Assembly: GCA_037445735.1 (NCBI GenBank)
Contig: JBBIJY010000017.1
Coordinates: 1 to 60,621, forward strand
Source: Armatimonadota bacterium
Lineage (GTDB): Bacteria > Armatimonadota > Fimbriimonadia > Fimbriimonadales > GBS-DC
Length of the DNA stretch: 60,621 bases
Direction: 5' to 3'
A program made the position numbers and the translations under genes. The notes under the pieces were generated by a model that was given only the letters and a program-made list of their open reading frames with translations, was not told where the DNA came from and did not search any database. This document shows positions 37,510 to 47,184 of the stretch, piece by piece (the stretch's first letter is position 1; each line of letters begins with the position of its first letter).

Positions 37510-40348
37510 AAAGCCGAAGCGTCGACGACGCAGGTCAGCAGGCGCTGCTTCAGCAGCGCCCTCTACCGAACAGGCTGGGATCGAGCAGGCGACGGTGGAA
37601 TCGCCCGCAGAGGCGGCTGTGCCCGAATCGGGGTCGACGGAGTCGCCCGTAGAAACAACCGCGCCCGAAACGGCAGCCGAGCCGCCGAAACCGCGGCGCA
37701 CGCGCCGTCGCGCCAGAACCACTGCCAGCGAGCCACCCTCCGCAGATGAACCCGCTGAATCGACGCCAGAAACGGGTGCAGAAGCCGAACCGACAGCGGT
37801 GGCCACACCGCCTGCCCGCAGGCGGCGCACCCGCCGCAAGAAATCTGCTGACGAGCATCCGCCAGAGCCAGCGGTCGCCTCACCCGACGGCGCCCTCGCG
37901 CTGGAAACCCCGCCCGAAGTTGTCATCCACCATCCCATCGCGCAGGTGCAGTTCCAGCGGGGCGTGCCGTGCCTGCGCTTTGGCGAGCGCGCGCTGAAGC
38001 CGTGCCTCTTCTTCGGCAACCCGCACACGCCCGAAGCGGCTACGCGCGTGTATCAGCAAATGCAACTCGCCAGCGAGTCAGGCATCGCCCTCTTCGCCCT
38101 GCTGATTGTGCTGCCCGTGCGCTCCACCGGCGCCATCGAAGCTTTCGATGCCATCCGCTACTGGTCCACACTCGCGCGCGAGATCAACCCCGATGCGCTG
38201 ATGCTGTGGCGGATTGTGCCTGCGCCCGTGGGCAACTGGCAGCAGGAGTTTCCCGAAGCGGTGGTGCGCTATGCCGACGGCACCGTGGGCGGTCCATCCA
38301 TCTGCGCCGACCGCTGGTGGGAAAAGGTTCAAACGCTGCTCACCGAGCTGGTGCAACTGGTTGAACGCGAGGATGAGGGCGCCTGCACGCTGGGTTATCA
38401 TCTGGACTGGGGCGAATGGTTCCAGCCCGAATCGGGCGGCTACGACACCAGCGAAGCCGCGTTGCAGGCGTTCCGCGACTGGCTACGCCGCCATTTCCGC
38501 AACGATACCGTGAGCCTGCGAGCAGGCTGGTTCAGCGGCGAGGTCAGCTTCAGCACGGCTGCCATCCCGCCCTTCATTCCGAACGCGCCGCTCACCAAGC
38601 GCCAGCTGTATGACCCACGTCGCGAAGGACGCTGGATTGATTATCACCAGTTCATTTCCGAGGCGACTGCCCGCCGCATACTGAGCCTGGCAGGCGCTAT
38701 CAAGCAGGCGTGCCATCGCCGCTGCCTTGTGGGGGTCTCGTACGGCTATGTGCTGGAGTGGCGCCATCCCTATTCGGGGCATCTCGCGCTCGCCAGCCTG
38801 CTTCAAAGCGATGATATCGATTTCATCTCGGCGCCCATCACCTACGCTGACCGATTGCCTGGTGGCACAGGCGCGTTCCCCGTACCCGTCGATTCGCTGC
38901 ACCTGCACCAGAAGCTGTTCCTGTCGGAAGAGGACTATCGCACGCCGTTCGGTAAGCTGATGCGGCTGGATCAGCTGGCGACGGAACACGCGCTGACGCC
39001 TGGTGCGGGCAGCGAGGAAGACTATAACCCGCCGTTGCGTTCGGCAGAGGCGGTCGCGCAGGTGCAGACCCGCTCGCTGATGCAGGCGGTCGTGCACGGC
39101 TTTGGCGAATCGTGGATGGATTTGTGGGGCGACGGCTGGCTGATGCACCCCGCCATCTGGGAGCGCGTCGCGGCGGGTCAGTCGCTGTGGGAACTGCGCG
39201 AGCGCGTCGGTCAGGCGGAACCCGACCTCGCCGTCGTGATCGACCCACTGAGCCTGAGCTATGTGCGTACCGGCTCACCCCTCATCCAGCAGGTCATCGG
39301 GGTCGCTCGCGAGGCGGTGCTGCGCTCGGGCATCTCGTGCGGCTTCTACCTGCTGGACGATGTGGCGCGGCGCGACTTCCCTCGCTCCCGAATCGTGCTG
39401 TTCCTGAATGCGTGGAACCTCAAGCCATCGGTGCGCGAGGCGATCCGGCGGCGGCTGCATCGGGATGGGCGCGTGCTGGTGTGGCTCTATGCTGCCTCGC
39501 TGTTCGAGAACCACCGCCACGCGCTGGAGACCGCCCGCGAGGTCACAGGGCTGGCGCTGGCACTCCAGCCGTGGGCAAGCACGCAGGGCACCCAGATCGT
39601 CGATCCCCTGCACCCGATTGCCCGCCGACTCAAAAGCGACAAACTGGGCACGCAACAGCGCTGGGAGCCGTCGTTCTACGCTCTGCCCGACGAATGCCAT
39701 GTGATTGGCGAGTACATCGAAACGGGGCTGCCCTCGCTCGCCGTCGCCGAATATGGGAACTGGAAAGCGGTCTTCATCGGCGAGCGGGCACTCACGCCTG
39801 ACCTGCTGCGCGGCATCGCCGACTGGGCAGGCGTGCATGTGTGGTGCGCCACCGACGATCTGGTGCAGGTACGCCTGCCGTTTGTGCATCTGCACGCCCG
39901 TCACGGCGGCGAGAAATCGTTGCAATTGCCGATGCCCCTGTGCGTGTACGACCTCACCGAGGGCGCGCTTGTGGCGGACGAGGTGCAGGAGTACCGACCG
40001 GGCATGAGCGAGGGTGAGAGCCGATTGTGGCTGATTGCGCCCCGCGAGGCGATGGAGCGTCTGCTATCGGGTGAGGGCAACGCCAGCGAGCTGCGCTGGT
40101 GGGAGCAGCCCGCCCCTGAAGAAGCGCTCCCGCCCGAAGTTCCCGACTCCCAGCCGGTAGCCATTGCACTGGTACAACCACTGCTCGAACCTGCCGTACC
40201 AGAAGAGGTGGAGCAACCCATCGAGCAACGGCGCCAGCCGTCGCGCAAACGCCGCCGCGCCCGAAACAGCAAACGAACCCGACCCGAACCCGCAGAAAAC
40301 GCTGACCTGCTGCAGACCGTCCGCTGGCGCAAGCACATAGAAGAATAA
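37433..40348 (+). CDS. Beta-galactosidase-like (GH42-like) protein with long disordered N-terminus
   Basis: GEWF, AFRDWLR, DFISAP, LFLSEED and a trimerisation-like domain; family assignment by inspection. Confidence 0.65.
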   Translation: MARRKKQPISESSPAITQPIEPEATEKPKRRRRRSAGAASAAPSTEQAGIEQATVESPAEAAVPESGSTESPVETTAPETAAEPPKPRRTRRRARTTASEPPSADEPAESTPETGAEAEPTAVATPPARRRRTRRKKSADEHPPEPAVASPDGALALETPPEVVIHHPIAQVQFQRGVPCLRFGERALKPCLFFGNPHTPEAATRVYQQMQLASESGIALFALLIVLPVRSTGAIEAFDAIRYWSTLAREINPDALMLWRIVPAPVGNWQQEFPEAVVRYADGTVGGPSICADRWWEKVQTLLTELVQLVEREDEGACTLGYHLDWGEWFQPESGGYDTSEAALQAFRDWLRRHFRNDTVSLRAGWFSGEVSFSTAAIPPFIPNAPLTKRQLYDPRREGRWIDYHQFISEATARRILSLAGAIKQACHRRCLVGVSYGYVLEWRHPYSGHLALASLLQSDDIDFISAPITYADRLPGGTGAFPVPVDSLHLHQKLFLSEEDYRTPFGKLMRLDQLATEHALTPGAGSEEDYNPPLRSAEAVAQVQTRSLMQAVVHGFGESWMDLWGDGWLMHPAIWERVAAGQSLWELRERVGQAEPDLAVVIDPLSLSYVRTGSPLIQQVIGVAREAVLRSGISCGFYLLDDVARRDFPRSRIVLFLNAWNLKPSVREAIRRRLHRDGRVLVWLYAASLFENHRHALETAREVTGLALALQPWASTQGTQIVDPLHPIARRLKSDKLGTQQRWEPSFYALPDECHVIGEYIETGLPSLAVAEYGNWKAVFIGERALTPDLLRGIADWAGVHVWCATDDLVQVRLPFVHLHARHGGEKSLQLPMPLCVYDLTEGALVADEVQEYRPGMSEGESRLWLIAPREAMERLLSGEGNASELRWWEQPAPEEALPPEVPDSQPVAIALVQPLLEPAVPEEVEQPIEQRRQPSRKRRRARNSKRTRPEPAENADLLQTVRWRKHIEE

Positions 40349-40353
40349 AAAAA

Positions 40354-41135
40354 GAACCCCCTGCTGGATGGGCAGGGGGTTCCAGAAAGATGCGCTATCG
40401 CTGACGCCGACGACGCACCAACAGACTGCCCAAACCCGCGCCCAGCACCAGCCAGCTCGCCGGCTCCGGCACCCAGTCCTGCTCCACCAGCAACAACGAC
40501 GCCGTGTCCGTGCCCGGCGCAGGCGCCCCATTCAAAGTGAGCTGAAAACTCTCGCTCACATTCAGCACCGTGTAGGTCGCTGGCAGGGTCACAACCAGAT
40601 TCAGCAGAAAAGCACCATCGGTGCCCCCAGCACCTGAACCTGCAAAGCTGCCACTGGCGCTGTAGACGACATTGCCCGTCGCATCGGTTACTGTTTTCTG
40701 CCAGTTGACCTGTCCTCGCCCCCAGACGAAGCCGCTGACGATGAAGGTGAAGCGGTTCAGTCCTTTGCCGGCGAGGGAGTAGGCGGCGTCGAAGGTGCCG
40801 GTGGTGTAGGGTGTTCCGTCGCCGATGGTGACGGGTGGGTTGCTGGCCTGGGTCAGGAAGGTGATGCTTGGCGGTGTGCCAACGGTCACATTAGCAGGCG
40901 GCGCTGCATAGGTTACACCATTGATGTTGAACGGCACGAGGAAAGTGATCGGGTTGTTGACCGAGCCGAGGCTGATCGTGACATTCACATTCCAGCCCGA
41001 CGCCAGCGCGCTCGATATCAGCGCGACGCTCACTGCAACGATCCAGCACTTCCGATAGTTTAGCATCATCGATCACGCTCCTTTCGCAGCGTTAGATTGC
41101 GGGAAGCGCGCTGGTCAAACAGAGCGGTCGCTTCC
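40354..41135 (-). repeat. 782-bp inverted repeat copy B
   Basis: Reverse complement of 12395-13176. Confidence 0.95.
40395..41069 (-). CDS. PEP-CTERM sorting domain protein, copy B
   Basis: Identical 224-aa translation to 12461-13135. Confidence 0.93.
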   Translation of the reverse strand: MMLNYRKCWIVAVSVALISSALASGWNVNVTISLGSVNNPITFLVPFNINGVTYAAPPANVTVGTPPSITFLTQASNPPVTIGDGTPYTTGTFDAAYSLAGKGLNRFTFIVSGFVWGRGQVNWQKTVTDATGNVVYSASGSFAGSGAGGTDGAFLLNLVVTLPATYTVLNVSESFQLTLNGAPAPGTDTASLLLVEQDWVPEPASWLVLGAGLGSLLVRRRRQR

Positions 41136-41203
41136 GCATCCGATTATACCCGTCGCGCATCCCTTTATCAAGGGGGTAAGGTTGCTGGTCATTCAATGCG
41201 CGC

Positions 41204-44200
41204 TCAATCAAAAAGGCTTGCCTGATGGCGCGTGTTGATCAGAGTCTGCGGCCTGGGGAACAGCTGGTCAAAATCGGGGAATAGCTCCTCCAGTCGGCAG
41301 GCGAACTTATAGAGCTTCTCCACATAGTGTTCACGGTCCTCGTCGCCCGCATACTCTTCCAGCAGTCCCAGCGAGCCGTCCCTGCGCCGATAGACATTGA
41401 TATAATCGCCCACCTGAAAGCGTTTTGCCAGCTCATAGAGGGGGTGATGGCTCTGGCGGCTCTTTTCGGTGATGCGCTCGCGGCGGCACAGGTGCTCGAT
41501 GGGCAGCTCACCGTTCAGAATCGCGTTCGCGAGCCGTTTATACTCTTCTGCCACGCGCTCCGGCTGACCCTGTAGCAGCCACTGAATCGCCTGGCTGATA
41601 AACTCGCGCCCGAACCGTTCATCGGCACGCGAGCGCAGGGACGCGCCTTTGTAGATGAGCTTGCCGTCGTAGCCTAACAGCACATAGTTCTTGGTCTTGA
41701 CCGACAGCATCGCCTGATAGCGTCCGTCGTGCACAAGACGGATGCCCTCGGGCAGCGTCTGGGCGACTTCGGCGATAAACGCCTGCTCCTGCTCTTCAGT
41801 TTCGATGCCTTCAGGCGGCTGGAAGTAGACGCCATCGGTGTCGATTTCAATCACTTTGCCGCCGCGCGCTTCAATCTCCGCCGCGATCTGCTTCACAATC
41901 TCCTGCCCCTTGAGCGTCACGGCTTCAGCAGCATCGTAGTCGTTGAAGTTGAAAGGCGCTCCCAGGTATCCATAGTAGCTCTGACCAATCCAGTTCAGCT
42001 TCTTGTTGCGCCCTGCGAGCAATGTATGGTTATCCTCAACTGTCAAGCAGTAAATAAATCCCTCATAATCTACCATCTTTGAATGACGGGGATGCAGGCG
42101 TGGAGCAATCCTCTTAAAAGCGAGTCCAATCCTGTGCCAGCCATCATAGTATCGGATCGTAGGGCGAATGCCGAGGTGATAGCACAGCCGGATAACATCG
42201 TCGCGGAGCGTTGTAGAGGCGGTCGTAAACCGCTTGCCCGTCGTTCGCTTATCGCCATCACCTGCCACAAGGCTTCGGAACAGGTGAGCCAGCAAGTGCG
42301 GAGGCAGTTTGAACAACCATTGAGGGATGCGCTTCTCATATGCCCCCTTACCGCATTCACGCTCAAAGAACTCATAGAGCAGGCGTGAGCTAATCTGAAA
42401 ACCGTTGCTATCTTCCCGATAGTGGATGCCTAATCGCTGAAGAAGGTGGGCAATCTGCACACGACCTTCAGGATTTTTCTGATACAGTGAGATGATATAG
42501 CTGATGCCACGCCGATGCCCATTTGCATAGGTTTTAGGCGTGCTGCGAAAGAGTGATCCCTCCGCAAGGTACCAGCCTATCAAATCCATAAAATCTGCCA
42601 TTGGATAATACCGGGGTTGCAACTGGTGATGCCGACCTACCCTTTTGCTTCTGGGTGATCTCAGCATGAGACGACCATCTTGTACAACCTGCTCGTAAGG
42701 GATACCGTTGTCATCACACCAGCGAGCCAGGTCGAAATATTCTGGAACCTTCGCGGTTTGTTCGGGTAGCGGATTGAGCGAGGGTAACAGCGTTGTTTTG
42801 CCTACCAGATTGAGCGCGTATTGCCAGCGTAATTCGCCCGATTTGTGCATCCGAACCAGACAGCGGTGATTCGGCGTAATGAGAAAATCAACGGAGAGAC
42901 TCTTCAGATGAACCATCTTACCACGATAGAATTGGGAATAGGTTGCGATAACTCGCTTAATTTCCACCTGCCCTGTCCGGGGATTGAGGCTGTAGACAGT
43001 GTCACCAACTCGAATCTCACGAATGTTTTTTATTCCACTTGTTGTTAGAACCTCTGTGTCGCCATCAAAGCAGTTGATCAATATTTTAAACGAACCCTGC
43101 AATCCGTCCCAGTAGGCAGATTCGAGTCCGGCGGCGGCTTTGGCGCGCGCTTTGGCGTCCAGTCGCAGCTCGCGCAGCTTCGCCAGCGTGGGCAGGAACA
43201 CATTCAGCGTGTCTGCGCTGGGCTTGATGCCGAACTGGAGCATCACGCTGGGGTAGAGGCTTTCCACATCGGCTTTCACCACGCGGTTAACCAGCCCGAC
43301 CATCCGCACTTCGGTGTAGCCGCCCGGATACTCGCGCGGGGGTTGCGGCAGGGGGATGGCATGCCGTGCCTGCAGGTAGGCGCGCACAAAGATCAGGTTC
43401 GCCTTCTCGCCTGTGCCGATGGTCGCCAGATTTTGCAGGGTGTCGGGCACCATCTGGCACTGATAGAACTCGGTGGGCAGGGTCAGCTCCGCCAGGCGGC
43501 GCGTCTCATGCACATCCTGCAGGCAATACTGGCGCACCGTGTCGGGGTCGGTCTGCCACAGGTGCGGAATCTGCTCGCGCTCCAGATAGATGCGCTCCTC
43601 GAGGGCAAGCCCCAGGCTCTGTGCCGACTCTTTGAGACCGTAGCTTTCCAGCTCGCCGCGCCCGATGTCGAACCGCTGAACCGCCAGATAGGTATCCAGC
43701 AGGTGGCGTCCATGCACGAACGCGGGCTTGAAGGTGCGGCTGTTGGCGCCAATGATGCAGCTGCGCGGTGCCCCCACCCGCAATACGGAGCCATCCCGAC
43801 CCAGCGCCAGCGGGATGCCATGATGCTCCGCGCGAGCCACCAGAAACGGGATGTCGAAGCCGAACAGATTGTGCCCCTCAATCACATCGGGGTCCAGCGA
43901 CCGGATGCGCTCCACCAGTTGCTCCAGCATGAGTGCCTCGTCGCCTTCCAGCAGCTCCTCATAGCCGCGATTGTCGCTGAGCGCGATCATCAGGATGCGG
44001 GCGCCCGGCTGGTCGGGCGTGAGCGTGCTGGTCTCGATATCGAGCTGAACGCGGTGCAGGTCTTCAAACGCCATCCCCTTGAAAAGCGTTTTGCCCGTGA
44101 TCATCAGGTACTGGCGGGCGAAGGAGCCGTAGATCAGCGTGGCGCGATGCTCCTCGCGCAGGGCGTCGCGCAGGCGTTCGAAGGCGTCGCGGTCGACACA

Positions 44201-44515
44201 GCGGGCGAGATAGCGCAGGGAGGGGCGCTCCCCGAAATCGCCGCGTAGCTCCTCCCACTCAACGCCGCGCATCGTGAGAGGCTGATCGCTCAACAGCCAG
44301 GGCTGGAACGGCTCCTTCACAACGCGCAACTGCTCGCCCTCGCGAATGTAGAGCCAGATGGTGCTATCGACGGCTTCGACGGCAACGATGCAGGGCGTGG
44401 GATCGCTGCCGAAGATGAGCGCGCCAACCGGCTCCACTTCGGCAGCAGCCAGCGGCTCTGCAGACGGCTTCTCACCTGCGGACAGCGGTTCGTCAATCGG
44501 TAGCGTGCCCTGCAT
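41204..44515 (-). CDS. polB: Family B DNA polymerase with intein
   Basis: Exonuclease motifs LDIET and GHNLFGFD; ADVESLYPS, KILIN|SYYG, EIDTDG, KNY. Confidence 0.93.
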   Translation of the reverse strand: MQGTLPIDEPLSAGEKPSAEPLAAAEVEPVGALIFGSDPTPCIVAVEAVDSTIWLYIREGEQLRVVKEPFQPWLLSDQPLTMRGVEWEELRGDFGERPSLRYLARCVDRDAFERLRDALREEHRATLIYGSFARQYLMITGKTLFKGMAFEDLHRVQLDIETSTLTPDQPGARILMIALSDNRGYEELLEGDEALMLEQLVERIRSLDPDVIEGHNLFGFDIPFLVARAEHHGIPLALGRDGSVLRVGAPRSCIIGANSRTFKPAFVHGRHLLDTYLAVQRFDIGRGELESYGLKESAQSLGLALEERIYLEREQIPHLWQTDPDTVRQYCLQDVHETRRLAELTLPTEFYQCQMVPDTLQNLATIGTGEKANLIFVRAYLQARHAIPLPQPPREYPGGYTEVRMVGLVNRVVKADVESLYPSVMLQFGIKPSADTLNVFLPTLAKLRELRLDAKARAKAAAGLESAYWDGLQGSFKILINCFDGDTEVLTTSGIKNIREIRVGDTVYSLNPRTGQVEIKRVIATYSQFYRGKMVHLKSLSVDFLITPNHRCLVRMHKSGELRWQYALNLVGKTTLLPSLNPLPEQTAKVPEYFDLARWCDDNGIPYEQVVQDGRLMLRSPRSKRVGRHHQLQPRYYPMADFMDLIGWYLAEGSLFRSTPKTYANGHRRGISYIISLYQKNPEGRVQIAHLLQRLGIHYREDSNGFQISSRLLYEFFERECGKGAYEKRIPQWLFKLPPHLLAHLFRSLVAGDGDKRTTGKRFTTASTTLRDDVIRLCYHLGIRPTIRYYDGWHRIGLAFKRIAPRLHPRHSKMVDYEGFIYCLTVEDNHTLLAGRNKKLNWIGQSYYGYLGAPFNFNDYDAAEAVTLKGQEIVKQIAAEIEARGGKVIEIDTDGVYFQPPEGIETEEQEQAFIAEVAQTLPEGIRLVHDGRYQAMLSVKTKNYVLLGYDGKLIYKGASLRSRADERFGREFISQAIQWLLQGQPERVAEEYKRLANAILNGELPIEHLCRRERITEKSRQSHHPLYELAKRFQVGDYINVYRRRDGSLGLLEEYAGDEDREHYVEKLYKFACRLEELFPDFDQLFPRPQTLINTRHQASLFD
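41981..43072 (-). mobile_element. Intein (364 aa) with LAGLIDADG endonuclease in PolB, ending Gly-Gln
   Basis: KILIN|CFDGDTEV...NWIGQ|SYYGY; TPNHR; IGWYLAEG and LVAGDG; visibly AT-richer than the exteins. Confidence 0.93.
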
Positions 44516-44560
44516 ACAGCAATTATACCCGACTCGGTGGCTTACAGGCACCTTAAATGG

Positions 44561-44787
44561 CTATAGTAGATTGCGAAATTCTTCTACTGTTATACTCATA
44601 TCCTGTATTATCGCTGATAGGGTCTTGGGCTTAATAATTTTGCATGCATGGGTATAACAACCCTTGCTCCGTCACCTTCCCGATAGTAAACCACATGACT
44701 GTTCTTTTGTCGGTCCAGTACGAAGCCAAGCTTATGAGCCACCTTGACAACCTCCTTAGCTGTGACTCGGGGCAATTTTGCACTCAT
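44561..44787 (-). pseudogene. hicA: HicA toxin, frameshifted
   Basis: MSAKLPRVTAKEVVKVAHKLGFVLDRQKNSHVVY...VVIPMH stops early at 44608; the HicA tail KIIKPKTLSAIIQDMSITVEEFRNLL continues in another frame. Confidence 0.85.
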
Positions 44788-45008
44788 AGAGTGACCTCGA
44801 TAGGTTTAATGAGTATATCCTCCGCTGGTAAAACCTCGCCGTGCTGGGCAAGGCTTTCCAAGTAGACCTCTATCGCTTCGCGAATGTTTGCCAGCGCTTC
44901 CTCGAGGGTGTCGCCCTGCGAATGACACCCCTTCAGCGCTGGACAGAAGGCGTGGTAGCCGCCCTCATCTTCACGCTCAAGGATAACCGTGAAATAGTGC
45001 TTTTCCAT
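44784..45008 (-). CDS. hicB: HicB family antitoxin
   Basis: GGYHAFCPALKGCHSQGDTLEEALANIREAIE; ATGA overlap with hicA. Confidence 0.93.
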   Translation of the reverse strand: MEKHYFTVILEREDEGGYHAFCPALKGCHSQGDTLEEALANIREAIEVYLESLAQHGEVLPAEDILIKPIEVTL

Positions 45009-45114
45009 CGTTGACCTCCTCTATGTCCTGCACTGGTCGAAGTATACCTCCTTCCTTTGCGATTCAGGGCGCATCCATCGGGTATAATAGGTAGCACATA
45101 CAGGGGGTAAGTTG

Positions 45115-47184
45115 ATGACTGACCTCTATGGAGAGTGGCAGCAGGTGGGTAATGGGCACTATCGGCAGGAGCGCCAGCTGATCGGGCGCGTGGTGGCGAC
45201 GGAGCGTCAGCCGAACACGGCGTTCCAGTTCCATTTCTGGGCGACACCCGATAGCCCTGTCGGCATCGGCACGCTGGTGGTGGTGCATACGCCCCAGCGC
45301 ACCGTGTGGGGTGTGGTGGTGGAGGGGCTGGGCTATAACGATGTCGCCAGCCCGATGTTCGACTATTTAGGTGCGGACGGCGACCCGCAGGCAATCGCGC
45401 CCACCATGCGCCCCGAAATCCGCGTCTACACCGCCGCCGTGCTGCGCCACGAACCCGAACAGCCCATCCAGCCCGTGCCCATCGGACCCGTCTATCTGGC
45501 AACCGAGCAGGATGTGCTGATTGCCCTGCGTATCGACGCCATCCCCGAAGAGCGACGAATCCCCATCGGCATCTATCAGAGCGGCAATCTCAAGGCGCCC
45601 GTCTATCTGGACGCCGACTTCCTGCTGGGTCCTGAAGCCGGACACCTGAATGTAACGGGCACGAGCGGGCTGGCTGCCAAAACGAGCGCCATCCAGTTCC
45701 TGGTGTCGGCGATTTTCCAGAAGGTGCAGCGCTCCGTCGCGGCGGTCTGCTTCAATGTCAAAGGCGGCGACCTGCTCTTTGTGGATCAGTCGCCCGCCCA
45801 TCAACTGAGCGAGGAAGACCTTGAGATTTATCGGCTGCTGGGGGTCGAGCCGAAGCCGTTCCCGCGCGTGGAGTACTACGCGCCGTTCAAGCCCGACCGC
45901 GTGAATCTCGCCACCTTGCGCACGCATGCCCGATTGCGCCACACGGTCAAGCCGCTCTGCTGGGGCTTGCAGGAGGTCATGCGCTATGTGGAGGTGCTGC
46001 TCAATCGCGACGATGTGGATGTGAAAGCCGACGCCTTCCTGCAGTTTCTGCGCCAGCGCGTCATCGAAACGGGACGATTCCGATTCGATGAAGAGGAAGC
46101 CGCCTTTATGCGCGAGATGGAGCTGCCCATCGAACTGCGCGTGACAAACTTCACCGAGCTGGTGCGCTGGTTCGACCAGGTGCTGTGCTACATGGAACGC
46201 ACCAATAAACGCACCTGGCGCAGCTTCGCGCTGGAGACCATCCGCAAGATTCAGAACCGCCTCGCGAATCTGACCACGCGCTTCGCGGGGCTGGTCGCCG
46301 AAAGCGATGTGGTGTACGACCTGCCCTGGGGTCAGTTTCAGGATCGCACGCTCTATGTGATCGATGTGGCGAACCTGTCGGCGGAGGCGCAGGATTTAAT
46401 CTTCACGCGCGTGATTGCCGAGCTGCGTGAGCGCATGGAGAAGCGGCAGCTCGGCGTGGAGACGGTGATTGTGATCGTGGACGAGCTGAACCATTACGCG
46501 CCAGTGAACGCGCGGGAGACCTATGTGATGCGCACGCTACGCGACATCTGTGCGCGGGGGCGCTATCTGGGGCTGGTGCTGTTCGGGGCGCAGCAGTTCC
46601 GCTCGCAGGTGGACAAGCAGATTATCGGCAACGCCTCCACCTCGCTCTACGGGCGCATCGAGATGGAGGAGATGGCGCAGCCCGGCTATCAGATTTTCAG
46701 CCCTGCGGTGAAGGAGAAGATGGGCGCGCTCTCGCCCGGCGAGGTGCTGGTACGCCATCCCTACTTCACCCAGCCCATCTTTGTGCGGTTCCCGCGCCCC
46801 GCACTGATGCGCGGTCAGGACGGACTGCAACTCTATCAGCCCGAACCCGATTTACCGCTGGAGGAGGCGGTCTGGCGTAGCCTGCAGGAGCTGGACCCCT
46901 CTATCGCGCGCAACGCCGTCGCCGACATCATCGCCCGCACATGCGATATTGATGGCAAGCCGAACCATCAGGCGGTGGTGGACGCGCTCAATCGGGTGCG
47001 GGTGGAGCGACCACCTGTGGGCGAGGTGTTGAGCCGATTCGAACGGCTGATCCCGCAGCGCCCGACCGTGCGCACCATTCCCGATGACCTGCCGCCGCCG
47101 CCCGCCACAGGCGACCTGCTTGCCGACCTCTCCGACGGCGCCGACTGGTCCGACGAACTGGACGAAGATGACCCGTTCCGCTAA
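45115..47184 (+). CDS. HerA-like ATPase (HAS barrel + DUF87)
   Basis: HLNVTGTSGLAAKT Walker A variant, VIVDE Walker B, RGRYLG...AQQ. Confidence 0.85.
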   Translation: MTDLYGEWQQVGNGHYRQERQLIGRVVATERQPNTAFQFHFWATPDSPVGIGTLVVVHTPQRTVWGVVVEGLGYNDVASPMFDYLGADGDPQAIAPTMRPEIRVYTAAVLRHEPEQPIQPVPIGPVYLATEQDVLIALRIDAIPEERRIPIGIYQSGNLKAPVYLDADFLLGPEAGHLNVTGTSGLAAKTSAIQFLVSAIFQKVQRSVAAVCFNVKGGDLLFVDQSPAHQLSEEDLEIYRLLGVEPKPFPRVEYYAPFKPDRVNLATLRTHARLRHTVKPLCWGLQEVMRYVEVLLNRDDVDVKADAFLQFLRQRVIETGRFRFDEEEAAFMREMELPIELRVTNFTELVRWFDQVLCYMERTNKRTWRSFALETIRKIQNRLANLTTRFAGLVAESDVVYDLPWGQFQDRTLYVIDVANLSAEAQDLIFTRVIAELRERMEKRQLGVETVIVIVDELNHYAPVNARETYVMRTLRDICARGRYLGLVLFGAQQFRSQVDKQIIGNASTSLYGRIEMEEMAQPGYQIFSPAVKEKMGALSPGEVLVRHPYFTQPIFVRFPRPALMRGQDGLQLYQPEPDLPLEEAVWRSLQELDPSIARNAVADIIARTCDIDGKPNHQAVVDALNRVRVERPPVGEVLSRFERLIPQRPTVRTIPDDLPPPPATGDLLADLSDGADWSDELDEDDPFR

